The notes under the pieces: generated by a model
Told to the model about the DNA's origin: nothing
The model's input: only the letters and a program-made list of their open reading frames with translations
Databases searched by the model: none
Program-made: the position numbers and the translations under genes
Shown: piece after piece, positions 30,027 through 39,172 of the stretch
How the letters are laid out: every line of letters begins with the position of its first letter
Position numbering within the stretch: the first letter of the stretch is position 1
NCBI GenBank assembly: GCA_964430885.1
Contig: CAYSHM010000009.1
Location: forward strand, 38,703 to 102,702
DNA length: 64,000 bases
Source: an uncultured archaeon
GTDB lineage: Archaea > Thermoplasmatota > Penumbrarchaeia > JASLWR01
Reading direction: 5' to 3'

Positions 30027-30197
30027 CCATCCCCGCTAATTCTAAAATTCCATTAATGAAGGTGTCATCCATTTTGTAGTTCCAAATTCGATTTAAATAT
30101 ATAATAAATATTAGCATCATATCTTCATATTACAACAAAAAGGAAAAGCAGGTAAACTGCTGGAGAGTCATAGTTTTTGAGGGATTCAGTTCAATAT

Positions 30198-30860
30198 TCA
30201 TACTATCTGATCAATTATTTCCCTGCAGGTGGTCACATAAGCAAAACCGAATGCCAGATTCAGGAGAGTGGCAAGATGCATTTCCTCTATAATTGAACCA
30301 TTCCCATCGGCTGGAAAGAAGACCCTATAATCCCTGAAATATGCGTCTCTGGCAGTGGAATCACAGCACATATTCGTCATGAGCCCTGTAATGACCAGGT
30401 CCTTAATGTTCAAACATCTCAGCACAGTTTCCATATCGGTATTATAGAAGGCCGAATATCGGTGTTTGAAGATAACCTTTTCCAAGGGGAGAGGCGCTAG
30501 ATCATCATGTATCTCGCTCTCGGGGCTTCCTTCAAGACACATCCCTTCCCACCACCATCCCATTATTCCCGCATCATTATGGGACGGATGATGTACATGG
30601 CGTGTGAATATCACAGGAGCGCCTTTAGCCCTGAATGATTCTATGAGCTCTTTTATTTTCGGTAGGACCGCGAGGCCTCCGCATGTGAAGGATGGAGAAT
30701 CCGGATCGAGGAAGAATTTTTGCATGTCTATTACCAAGAGGGCAGTTTTACCAGGATCTATATTCATTACATGTTGGTTGAAAGTGCTTATCTTTTCCAG
30801 CCAGGTAATGCATTTATCATCAATGTTATCCTTTGTAGCATATGGTTCCATGATGATCAC
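30198..30860 (-). CDS. Isochorismatase-family cysteine hydrolase
   Basis: ALLVIDMQ, KHRYSAF and TNMCCDSTARDA (D-K-C triad). Confidence 0.92.
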   Translation of the reverse strand: MIIMEPYATKDNIDDKCITWLEKISTFNQHVMNIDPGKTALLVIDMQKFFLDPDSPSFTCGGLAVLPKIKELIESFRAKGAPVIFTRHVHHPSHNDAGIMGWWWEGMCLEGSPESEIHDDLAPLPLEKVIFKHRYSAFYNTDMETVLRCLNIKDLVITGLMTNMCCDSTARDAYFRDYRVFFPADGNGSIIEEMHLATLLNLAFGFAYVTTCREIIDQIV

Positions 30861-30920
30861 TTCTGTTCATTAGATATATATTCAAAAGGACAAATGGACT
30901 ATTCTCGATGATGCCTTTTA

Positions 30921-31520
30921 TCAATTAAATGAAAACCTGCTTTCATCTTCTGCAGACCTATTTTTCATAGGATCCTTTTTCTTAGATTCTTTTTTCTCTA
31001 TATTGTTGTAATATTTATAACTGCCAGTGGCTGCTCCTAGAACGCAGAATAAGAGGTTCAGTATGAATATAAGTACGAGAATCGTGGTGTCCCAGGAACT
31101 GCCGCTCATCTCTTCTAGTATTGTACCTCTAGCGTATTCTTGAGCAATGAGATAAATGAAATAGATCTCCAATAAGCTGATGAAGATGGCGGCAATTACA
31201 GCAATCTCAATGGCATATCTTCTCTCAACCCATCTGCTGCTCCTTCTCGCAGCAATGAAGGGTACTGCAGTGAACAGCAGAAGTATTCCGCCGGGGATAA
31301 GTAATATTGGCATGGGGGCGATCCACCATATTAGAAGGGAAAGTAATCCTCTATGATAGAGCTGAAAAGGGCGTTCATCCTTCCGATCCGGTTTTTTAAA
31401 ATCATCGCTCTTTTCGTCTCGCCTCTTTTCACCGCTTCGGGTATTTTTTTTAAACTTTTTGTATTTCCCTTTATTCCTCCCTGGCCCCTGCTTCCTTCTT
31501 TCAATTTTATTACCTTTCAC
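30921..31520 (-). CDS. Hypothetical membrane protein
   Basis: Basic N-terminus and three to four hydrophobic segments. Confidence 0.6.
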   Translation of the reverse strand: MKGNKIERRKQGPGRNKGKYKKFKKNTRSGEKRRDEKSDDFKKPDRKDERPFQLYHRGLLSLLIWWIAPMPILLIPGGILLLFTAVPFIAARRSSRWVERRYAIEIAVIAAIFISLLEIYFIYLIAQEYARGTILEEMSGSSWDTTILVLIFILNLLFCVLGAATGSYKYYNNIEKKESKKKDPMKNRSAEDESRFSFN

Positions 31521-31950
31521 TTATAATGCACCCTCATTTATCTAGATGGTCTGAAGAATTCACCTTTGGAGTTTCTATTCGCCTCTCTAAGAATAACCCA
31601 TCATTAGAACTTGTAATCTGCAGGATATATTATAATTCTATCTGTAAGATACTTGACAGTTATTGAATGATTTATTTGCTAGAATAGTAACCGAATTTGT
31701 TTCTATTTGCTTGTGAACCAACAGCCTTGATTTTGATTTCGATGTTATGAAACAGAGATATATTTTATACAATACCTATTTTATACTATACGCAACATAT
31801 TAGGTCGTTAATCCTGCTGTACATCAATTGAAATACGAAGTAGATACTATTGTGAATCCAATAATATAGAATGATGTCAATCCGAAGACCATTGTTCAAT
31901 AACTAATAGAATAATACCAACAGGAATCAATTACCTAGGGAAGTGATACT

Positions 31951-34900
31951 ATACCGCGAAAGGTATTCTCTTTAAAGGTGCTCCTATTTGTAACGCTCTT
32001 GGCACTAACCAGCGTTCAGGGGCTAATAGCTGCATACAGTCCTTTGGACGGTCCGTTGAGCGGTACATCTTCTACCATAAACAGTCTCACCCTCATGGAT
32101 GGTGAGTTGGGGAGTGTTTGTTTAGCTAGATATAGATCCTATACCTTCAGGGTTGAGGTAGAAGATGATGAAGGTGCTTCTGACATTGCATTCATAAACA
32201 TATCTCTAGAACCCATGGACCTGGATATTACCTATTCATGGTATCGATATGGTGCACAGAATTTCAAGGAGGTTGCAGGGACCGATCCCAATGGCTATGT
32301 GTCCATAACCTCAGATAACAACGATTGGTCCGATCTGGATGCCAATACCACAAGGGTGGAGTTCCAGCTCGAGTTCGATTGGGATTATCCCTACGAGGCC
32401 ATGGGCGACATTCTCGTATCGGTTCAGGATAACGATACCGGGGCGGTATATACCAATCAAACATATTTCAATGTATACAAGGTTGAGAACGATCTGGTAC
32501 TTACGGGAGGACTGACTGCTGTTGCCCAGCACCAGGGAACAATAACCAGCGGGGCTTGGGTGCGGGGGAATGAGGTCATCACATTTGGAGGCCAGAGTGT
32601 TACTTACCAGGGGTATGCAAACCGTTATCCGGCAGACGATCATTTCTATGTCAGGGTAATAAATTCAACAGGTTCCCAGTGGTGGGATAACGTTTCTTCC
32701 GGGGGTAACTACCAGGTTCAGGTCACCTCGCCAGGCTTTTCAACGGCATCAGTAACATATACAATAGAGATAGGTGAGATACCGGGCGGAAGAGATGGCG
32801 ATATGCCCGGCAATCAGGTTTTCAATACCGCAGTGGATGCCGTCCGGCCTGCTCTGCGCACCTGGGCAAATCTTCATTTTGAGAACCGGACTCATTTCAC
32901 AAATGACCCCTGGGTCTATTTCAATTTTTACGGTCTCTACGATCCCGGGACCGTTACTTCAGGCGTGAAGGGTTATTATTACAATACCATAGACAGGAGC
33001 GGGACAACTCAGGGAACCTATACCACTTCATCTTGGGATGTTATTCAAATGAATCCCGGGGTTAACAGATTGTATATATGGTCCGTTGATAATGTGGGAA
33101 ATATTGGTAACACAGCAGTCCAGGATTCCATCCTTGTTGATATCGAAGCGCCTCAGCCGGGAACATTGGCACTCCAGGGGGGTGATGATTACTGGAACAA
33201 TAGTATTACTGAGGTAACATGGACAGGGTTTACCGATGACTATGAGGCGGAAGAAGATATAGCAGGATATTATTACGGTACCACCAATAATCAGGGGACT
33301 TCCAACGGTATCCATTCATCAGGCGGGCTCAGAGAATATATCTATAACGGTATAAATTTTAATACTCTGGTCCATGTACAGTACGAAGGGACCGTAAACC
33401 ATAATTGGGGCAATAACGGCGGTCCGGGCCACGGAGCAGGGGGCAGTACTTTTTCAATTATTTGGAACGGGTCGGTTTATGCTGATGAGACTACCACCTA
33501 TAATTTCACCATCGGGTCTGATGACGGGTGCAGACTGTACATCGACAATGAACTGTTTATTTCCAGGTGGTACAACAGACCATACGCAGAGGATACTGTC
33601 AGCGTAAATCTGGAAAAGGGCTTCCATCGGATAGAGGTACATTATTATGAGAACAATGGCGGTGCCAGCGTGGCTCTGAAGTGGAAGAAATGGGGTGCGG
33701 CCGGAAATCCCGTGGTCATACCAGCGAACAGACTATGGGGCGGTCAGGATACTGTCACTATCGATCTCGTAAGCGAAGGCGAGCACTCGGTGTATGCATG
33801 GGCCCAGGATTACGGAGGTAATATAGGTCCGTCAGTATCGGATACCATTTCCCTAGATTTTGAAGACCCTGTGGCCTCAAACGCTTGGGTTTCCGTTCAG
33901 GATGGTGCTCAATATAATTCCGATCAGACCATTGAGGTGGAGTGGGACGGTTTTGAGGATCCTGCTTTTTCCTCAGGTATACGCGGTTATTGGGTGTCCT
34001 ACTTCAACGCAAGTCATACGGATACCGGCATTTGGTCCGAGAACAAGAGCATTGAATTGGATTGTGCAGAAGGCGTTCATACGGTCTATGTATGGGCCGA
34101 GGACGCTGCTGGAAACAGGGGGATCGCCGTGAACGATACCATAGAGGTGATCTATCCGGCCCTGGACAATTTTACCCACACCAACCAGGTTCCCCGGGGT
34201 AAGGAGACGAAGTTCACAATGAACCTCACTGATGTGGTGTTCGGGGAAAGCGCACTTGATGTTGTGCTTCAGATGAAGGAAGGATCGGATCCTGACGGCT
34301 GGGTGAATCTTACGGTGGAATATGTGAACGATACCAGAGCGGACGGTTACTGGCAGGCCTTCTACACTCCATCCCTGGATATCTTGGCCAATACCATTTA
34401 CGATCTTCGGGTCCAATACAGCAATTCGGGGGGATATGTTTCACCTTGGGCCTCCTATGCCTTCAGGGTAGTGAACAATATACCGATAATAAACGGCAGC
34501 AGTAATTTCACGGCTTTGGAGGGTGAGGATATCACTGTTGATTTCAGGCCTTTCGGCTACGATCTGGAATCAAAGGGGGATTATCTCTTGACATGGTATG
34601 TTCAGGATTATGAGGATCACGCCATAGAATCCATAACGCCAGGTGATGACCCTGGAATTTTCGTTTTTACTCCTTTCGATGATTTCTCCGGGACGGCAGT
34701 TGTGAAGATGGGTCTCAGGGATGAAGAGAACCAGGTGGACGAAGAGATATTTTATTTCACCTGGCTGGATGTCAACGACCCGCCGGAAGTGAAGGATGGG
34801 GTTCCGACAACGATAACCCTCCAGGAAGATGATGACCCCTATCCGGTGTACTTTGATGATCTCTTTTTTGATCTGGAAGGGGATCTACTGTTTTTCAACT

Positions 34901-36156
34901 ATTCCGATCCGATCAATCTGGTCATAGAACAGAACCTTTACGCATTCATGGTGAACGGGGTGAACAACTGGTCAGGGTCCGAGGATGTGGAATTCCAGGT
35001 CAATGACGGGTATAACGGTACATCCATAGTAATTACGTTTATAGTGGAGGAGATAAACGATGCACCGCTGCTTCTGAACGGGTCTGTGGAAGTGTCCTTT
35101 CTAGAGGATGGTGATGCTGAAATCGGGCTGTTTCCTCATGTTTATGATTCCGATGATACCGATTTAGAATTCAATCTAATGAATCGACCCAACGTCTTCA
35201 GTGATATATATGTCGATATGGGAAAATTGTATGTCAAACCCGCGGCAAATTGGTTCGGGAAGGTTGAAGTGAATGTTTCTATAGAGGATTCCCATGAGGA
35301 GAAGGTTTACCTAATACTGGTCTTTAATATTACTGGGATCAATGACTTACCTGTTGCCTATTTCGAGCATATGCCGAGCAGTATTGATCTGGGCATCGAT
35401 GTAAAAACCCTCTTGGGCAGAGGTGAGGATGTAGAAGGCAGTATCAAGGAATATATGTGGACCTCTTCCCTTGACGGTGAGCTGGGAAGCCAAGGAAGTT
35501 TGGACCTATCTGAAGTGGACAACTTGACCTTGGGAAAACATACCATAACCTTCAAGGTAAAGGATGGTGACAATAAATGGTCTCAAGAGATAAGTTCTGT
35601 ATTGTGGATATCCAAATCCATTCCGTCTTTGGAGATAGTGAGTATCGATGTTGAGCCTGGCAGCGGTGTAGTTGTAGACGATACGGTTACCATAACAGTA
35701 ACCATTCGGAACAACGGCATGGTCTTGATAGAGAATTTGAGCGTAAAGGTGTTCATTGATGATGAACTGGTGGATCAGGATCTTTATCGGCATGTTTTCA
35801 TCGGGGATGAGAAGAGCTTCTCCGCCGAATGGACTGCTGAAAGGGGTTCCCATGACATCCGTATCGAAGTAATGGATGATCTGAATACAAGCATTGAGGT
35901 TGGGAACGGTAATGAGCTTGAGATTGATATGGATGTGAGTGCTAACAATAATATGATGATTTTCTGGGCGGCTCTGATCATTGCAATAGTGATAATAATA
36001 ATATTCTTCCTGGTATCGGCCCTGATCAGGAAAAGAAGAAAAAGGAAGATAGTGAAAACCATATTGTCCAAAGCCCACAAAAGTAAAGAAAAGGGAGTGG
36101 CCATGGTTGAGGTGGAGGAGATTCTGGATACAATAAAGCAGGAATTCAAGATTTGA
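31951..36156 (+). CDS. Surface protein: FN3/Ig-like modules, PA14, cadherin-like repeats, CARDB, TM, helical half-repeat tail
   Basis: PA14 (FSIIWNG, SDDGCRLYID, YYENNGGA); [VI]NDxP repeats; CARDB. The ORF track starts at GTG 31978; ATA 31951 is proposed instead (see findings). Confidence 0.83.
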   Translation: MPRKVFSLKVLLFVTLLALTSVQGLIAAYSPLDGPLSGTSSTINSLTLMDGELGSVCLARYRSYTFRVEVEDDEGASDIAFINISLEPMDLDITYSWYRYGAQNFKEVAGTDPNGYVSITSDNNDWSDLDANTTRVEFQLEFDWDYPYEAMGDILVSVQDNDTGAVYTNQTYFNVYKVENDLVLTGGLTAVAQHQGTITSGAWVRGNEVITFGGQSVTYQGYANRYPADDHFYVRVINSTGSQWWDNVSSGGNYQVQVTSPGFSTASVTYTIEIGEIPGGRDGDMPGNQVFNTAVDAVRPALRTWANLHFENRTHFTNDPWVYFNFYGLYDPGTVTSGVKGYYYNTIDRSGTTQGTYTTSSWDVIQMNPGVNRLYIWSVDNVGNIGNTAVQDSILVDIEAPQPGTLALQGGDDYWNNSITEVTWTGFTDDYEAEEDIAGYYYGTTNNQGTSNGIHSSGGLREYIYNGINFNTLVHVQYEGTVNHNWGNNGGPGHGAGGSTFSIIWNGSVYADETTTYNFTIGSDDGCRLYIDNELFISRWYNRPYAEDTVSVNLEKGFHRIEVHYYENNGGASVALKWKKWGAAGNPVVIPANRLWGGQDTVTIDLVSEGEHSVYAWAQDYGGNIGPSVSDTISLDFEDPVASNAWVSVQDGAQYNSDQTIEVEWDGFEDPAFSSGIRGYWVSYFNASHTDTGIWSENKSIELDCAEGVHTVYVWAEDAAGNRGIAVNDTIEVIYPALDNFTHTNQVPRGKETKFTMNLTDVVFGESALDVVLQMKEGSDPDGWVNLTVEYVNDTRADGYWQAFYTPSLDILANTIYDLRVQYSNSGGYVSPWASYAFRVVNNIPIINGSSNFTALEGEDITVDFRPFGYDLESKGDYLLTWYVQDYEDHAIESITPGDDPGIFVFTPFDDFSGTAVVKMGLRDEENQVDEEIFYFTWLDVNDPPEVKDGVPTTITLQEDDDPYPVYFDDLFFDLEGDLLFFNYSDPINLVIEQNLYAFMVNGVNNWSGSEDVEFQVNDGYNGTSIVITFIVEEINDAPLLLNGSVEVSFLEDGDAEIGLFPHVYDSDDTDLEFNLMNRPNVFSDIYVDMGKLYVKPAANWFGKVEVNVSIEDSHEEKVYLILVFNITGINDLPVAYFEHMPSSIDLGIDVKTLLGRGEDVEGSIKEYMWTSSLDGELGSQGSLDLSEVDNLTLGKHTITFKVKDGDNKWSQEISSVLWISKSIPSLEIVSIDVEPGSGVVVDDTVTITVTIRNNGMVLIENLSVKVFIDDELVDQDLYRHVFIGDEKSFSAEWTAERGSHDIRIEVMDDLNTSIEVGNGNELEIDMDVSANNNMMIFWAALIIAIVIIIIFFLVSALIRKRRKRKIVKTILSKAHKSKEKGVAMVEVEEILDTIKQEFKI

Positions 36157-36217
36157 TTGAAGATTACAGGTTTCTGGTAATATCAAACGGAAGTTGTAGA
36201 TTCTTTGGTAACGTGGT

Positions 36218-38083
36218 GTGGAAATGAGCAATGATGATAGATTTCAAAACAGGATAAAGGATGTGACGGAAATTCTGAATAAAACCGTTGCCTACCATGA
36301 TTATCTTGAAAAGGAACTCCAGAAGGTTGAAGTTGAGATTTCGACCTTGAAGGCCGAAGGAATGCCTGTGGAAAGAGCCGAGGTTCTCATTTCAGATGCA
36401 AAAGAGATCTTTCAGAGGTCCAAAGGCCTGGATGATTATAAGGAAGCAAATTCTATACTTCAGTCGGCCCAGAGGGAAAGCAAGGACATGGAGAATCGTG
36501 TCCAGAGATTTCTCACCATGGTCTCGGAGACCCTTGCAAATGTCAACAAGTATTCGGATATGGGTTTGGATATGGGCAATGCCCTTAAACTCCTCTCCCA
36601 GGCCAGGACCAAGATGAACAACAGGGAGCATCAGGCTGCTATACTGTTTGCCAGCAGGGCCTGGAACCTCACCGAACAGATTTATCAGAAATATGAACAG
36701 CTAAATGGTTATCGGGAACACATCCAGCAGAGATTTGACGAATGTAGTCATTTCGGTATTGTGACCCCTGATATCCCCATTTTGATCAAGGAGCTTGATG
36801 AGCATATAAAGCGCAATGAGTTGAAGCTGGCCTATGATAAGATAGAAGCATTGTCCGCGATCCTAGACAACAGGGAAGGGGATTACGTGAATGAGATGAT
36901 CCAAGAGGTCTATTATGAGATAAACCGACATTCTGGTGTCCCCCTGAATGCTACCCTTGAGGTCCTATCCCAGGCTGAATATTCCATGTCTCAGGGCGAT
37001 TTCGGTACTGCCATCGAAATGGCTCGGAAGGCCCGTCCTCTATTGGAGGAAGAAATGGAAAGATACCACCGGTTGCGTAAGAAGGTTGAATCCATTTCAG
37101 GAAGACTTTTCCATGCTAAGAATCTCGGAGTCCAGGTGTTTCAGGCTGAATCCGCATTGAACGAGGCCGATGCCGCATTGCAGGTTTCAGAGTATCAGAT
37201 GGCTGAAGGATATCTTCAGCAGGCGGATAATGAGCTAAAATCTTTGGAATATGAGGTCCAGATGAGGGAAAGGCAGGGAATTGAACACCTCAAGAGAGCA
37301 GTTGACAATGGTCTTAGAATATTGAAGGATGAGATAGAGACCGAGAAGGCCCGGGGTGTCGATACAGATGACCCTGAAAGCATCCTGTCCAAGATCCTCG
37401 AAATGCTTTCTGATGCATCAAATATAGATGAATTCAGGAAGATCCAGGAATACCTTGGTCCTGCTCATTCAGCACTCAGCAGGGCTCGCTCCCGTTTCAA
37501 CAAGAAGGAGAGCGAGGAACAGCATGGGCGTCAGGATATCGATGACATGGCGGAAAAGATCAAACAGATGGAATCAGTTATCAATATTCCTAACTCTATC
37601 CTTGCACACTTACAAAAAGCGGAGGAATGTTATTCGAATAAGGAATATGTCGAGGTCACCAGGAATCTTGGCCAGATGGAGCAGTTCTTCAGCATGATAA
37701 ATGATGAGGATGTTGATCTTGAGATAGATATGGAAGTGATCCAGAAGGAGATTGTTGAGGGAGATTGGGCGAAGACAAAAATGAATATAGTGAATCTGAG
37801 TCATCTTCATCTGAACCACTTGCGCTTTGAGATAGGCGGTGTTGATGAAGTTAAGGGAATGCGAAATATCCGTGACTTCCATGGCAATGACAAGACTGCT
37901 ATGAACTTCTTTGTAAAATTCAAGGAACTCGGTCAGAACAATGTAAAGGTCAGGGTGAAGGGCCGGAAGACAATCGATAGAAGCATTTTTCGGATGGTTG
38001 TTAAGACAGACGTATTTGTCGGAAAAGGTGATAAATGGTTCGAGGATGAGCTGGGAGAGGACGGATCCATTGAGTGGTCCTAG
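36218..38083 (+). CDS. Cytoplasmic helical-repeat rod protein with C-terminal Ig-like domain
   Basis: About seven ~65-aa repeats (K..G[VML]....A...L..A.......Y..A); the C-terminal domain resembles the Ig-like domains of 20083..21369. Confidence 0.78.
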   Translation: MEMSNDDRFQNRIKDVTEILNKTVAYHDYLEKELQKVEVEISTLKAEGMPVERAEVLISDAKEIFQRSKGLDDYKEANSILQSAQRESKDMENRVQRFLTMVSETLANVNKYSDMGLDMGNALKLLSQARTKMNNREHQAAILFASRAWNLTEQIYQKYEQLNGYREHIQQRFDECSHFGIVTPDIPILIKELDEHIKRNELKLAYDKIEALSAILDNREGDYVNEMIQEVYYEINRHSGVPLNATLEVLSQAEYSMSQGDFGTAIEMARKARPLLEEEMERYHRLRKKVESISGRLFHAKNLGVQVFQAESALNEADAALQVSEYQMAEGYLQQADNELKSLEYEVQMRERQGIEHLKRAVDNGLRILKDEIETEKARGVDTDDPESILSKILEMLSDASNIDEFRKIQEYLGPAHSALSRARSRFNKKESEEQHGRQDIDDMAEKIKQMESVINIPNSILAHLQKAEECYSNKEYVEVTRNLGQMEQFFSMINDEDVDLEIDMEVIQKEIVEGDWAKTKMNIVNLSHLHLNHLRFEIGGVDEVKGMRNIRDFHGNDKTAMNFFVKFKELGQNNVKVRVKGRKTIDRSIFRMVVKTDVFVGKGDKWFEDELGEDGSIEWS

Positions 38084-38150
38084 AAAATTTTCCAGTACCC
38101 TGGCTGTTTGAATATGTAATCAATTCTTTCTAACCCCGAAGGTAGTTGTA

Positions 38151-38969
38151 ATGAAAATTATAGCCTGCATGACCGAGGACCTTCTGATTTTCTATAAACT
38201 GGTCAAGGAGCTGAAACAAAGGAAAGTAGCTTTTATATCTCTTTCAGTAAAGGAGGCGGTTCCTCTCAATGTAGGTGTTGTGATCACCACAAATGATGAA
38301 GGTAAGAATATCAAATTTTCCCACAAGGTGATAATAAAGGATGGGAAGGATGTTTCCAGGGGTGCGGATAGAGCCCTTCAGATCCTTAAGGGCAGGGAGG
38401 AGGCTCAGTTCCTTGTGGTGGGGATCGATCCGGGTCAGGCTCCGGGTATTGCTGTTCTAAGCGACGGTGAACTTATCAATCAGTACAAATGCTTCTCACC
38501 CTCAGAGGTCGGGGAGGTTATGCGGGACATTTTTTCCACCTACCAAGCACAGAATAAAAAGGTTAAGATCGGTCACCAGGCGATAACTTACCGGAACAGG
38601 ATTGTAAATGATCTATGGGAATTGAAGGATGAGTTCGATTTCGACCTGGAGATAGTGGATGAGACCAGCACAACCAGGTATAAACATAATCCTGATATGA
38701 ATGCTGCTCTGGACATTTCCTTTCTACCAGGTAAACCAGTAACTCATCCGCTGAGCATCCATCCTACAGATGGTGAGATAAGGGACCTACAGCGCATGAG
38801 CCGAATAAAGAGCGATTCAAGGATCACAATATCAAAGGAGCTCGCTAGAAGAGTGGCTGAAGGCGATATTGATATTTCCCAGGCCATCGACATACAGAAG
38901 AATCATAGCGATACGGGCACTGATGGTGAAGGAGATAAGAAGATTGATGTAAGGTCCGATTCCGAATGA
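38151..38969 (+). CDS. Archaeal protein with YqgF/RNase H-like nuclease domain
   Basis: VVGIDPG..PGIAV, IVDETSTT and DMNAALDI acidic triad. Confidence 0.7.
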   Translation: MKIIACMTEDLLIFYKLVKELKQRKVAFISLSVKEAVPLNVGVVITTNDEGKNIKFSHKVIIKDGKDVSRGADRALQILKGREEAQFLVVGIDPGQAPGIAVLSDGELINQYKCFSPSEVGEVMRDIFSTYQAQNKKVKIGHQAITYRNRIVNDLWELKDEFDFDLEIVDETSTTRYKHNPDMNAALDISFLPGKPVTHPLSIHPTDGEIRDLQRMSRIKSDSRITISKELARRVAEGDIDISQAIDIQKNHSDTGTDGEGDKKIDVRSDSE

Positions 38970-39112
38970 ATTAAAAGGCATCCTTTATTGAGCTTGTTCG
39001 ATATTTACGGTAATATAAATAGAAATGTAGGACTTTTTTTGCATAGGTTTTTTTATATCAGTTCTTAGAAGAAAATAATAGATATGATATTAATCAAAAT
39101 TTGTTGATAATT

Positions 39113-39141
39113 TATGGATCAAATAAGTATGGATCAAATAA
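39113..39141. repeat. Perfect 14-bp direct repeat TATGGATCAAATAA x2
   Basis: Copies at 39113-39126 and 39128-39141. Confidence 0.8.
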
Positions 39142-39172
39142 TTATATAATATATTCAAAGGAAGGTAATAGG

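Noticed and set aside
31521-31935. ncRNA/tRNA in the longest intergenic region
   Set aside because: AT-rich with no convincing stems or tRNA motifs; consistent with divergent promoters.
35506-36231. 241-aa minus-strand ORF (likewise 40244..41074, 19742..20392 and other short antisense ORFs)
   Set aside because: Shadows of long, well-supported genes, with implausible composition.
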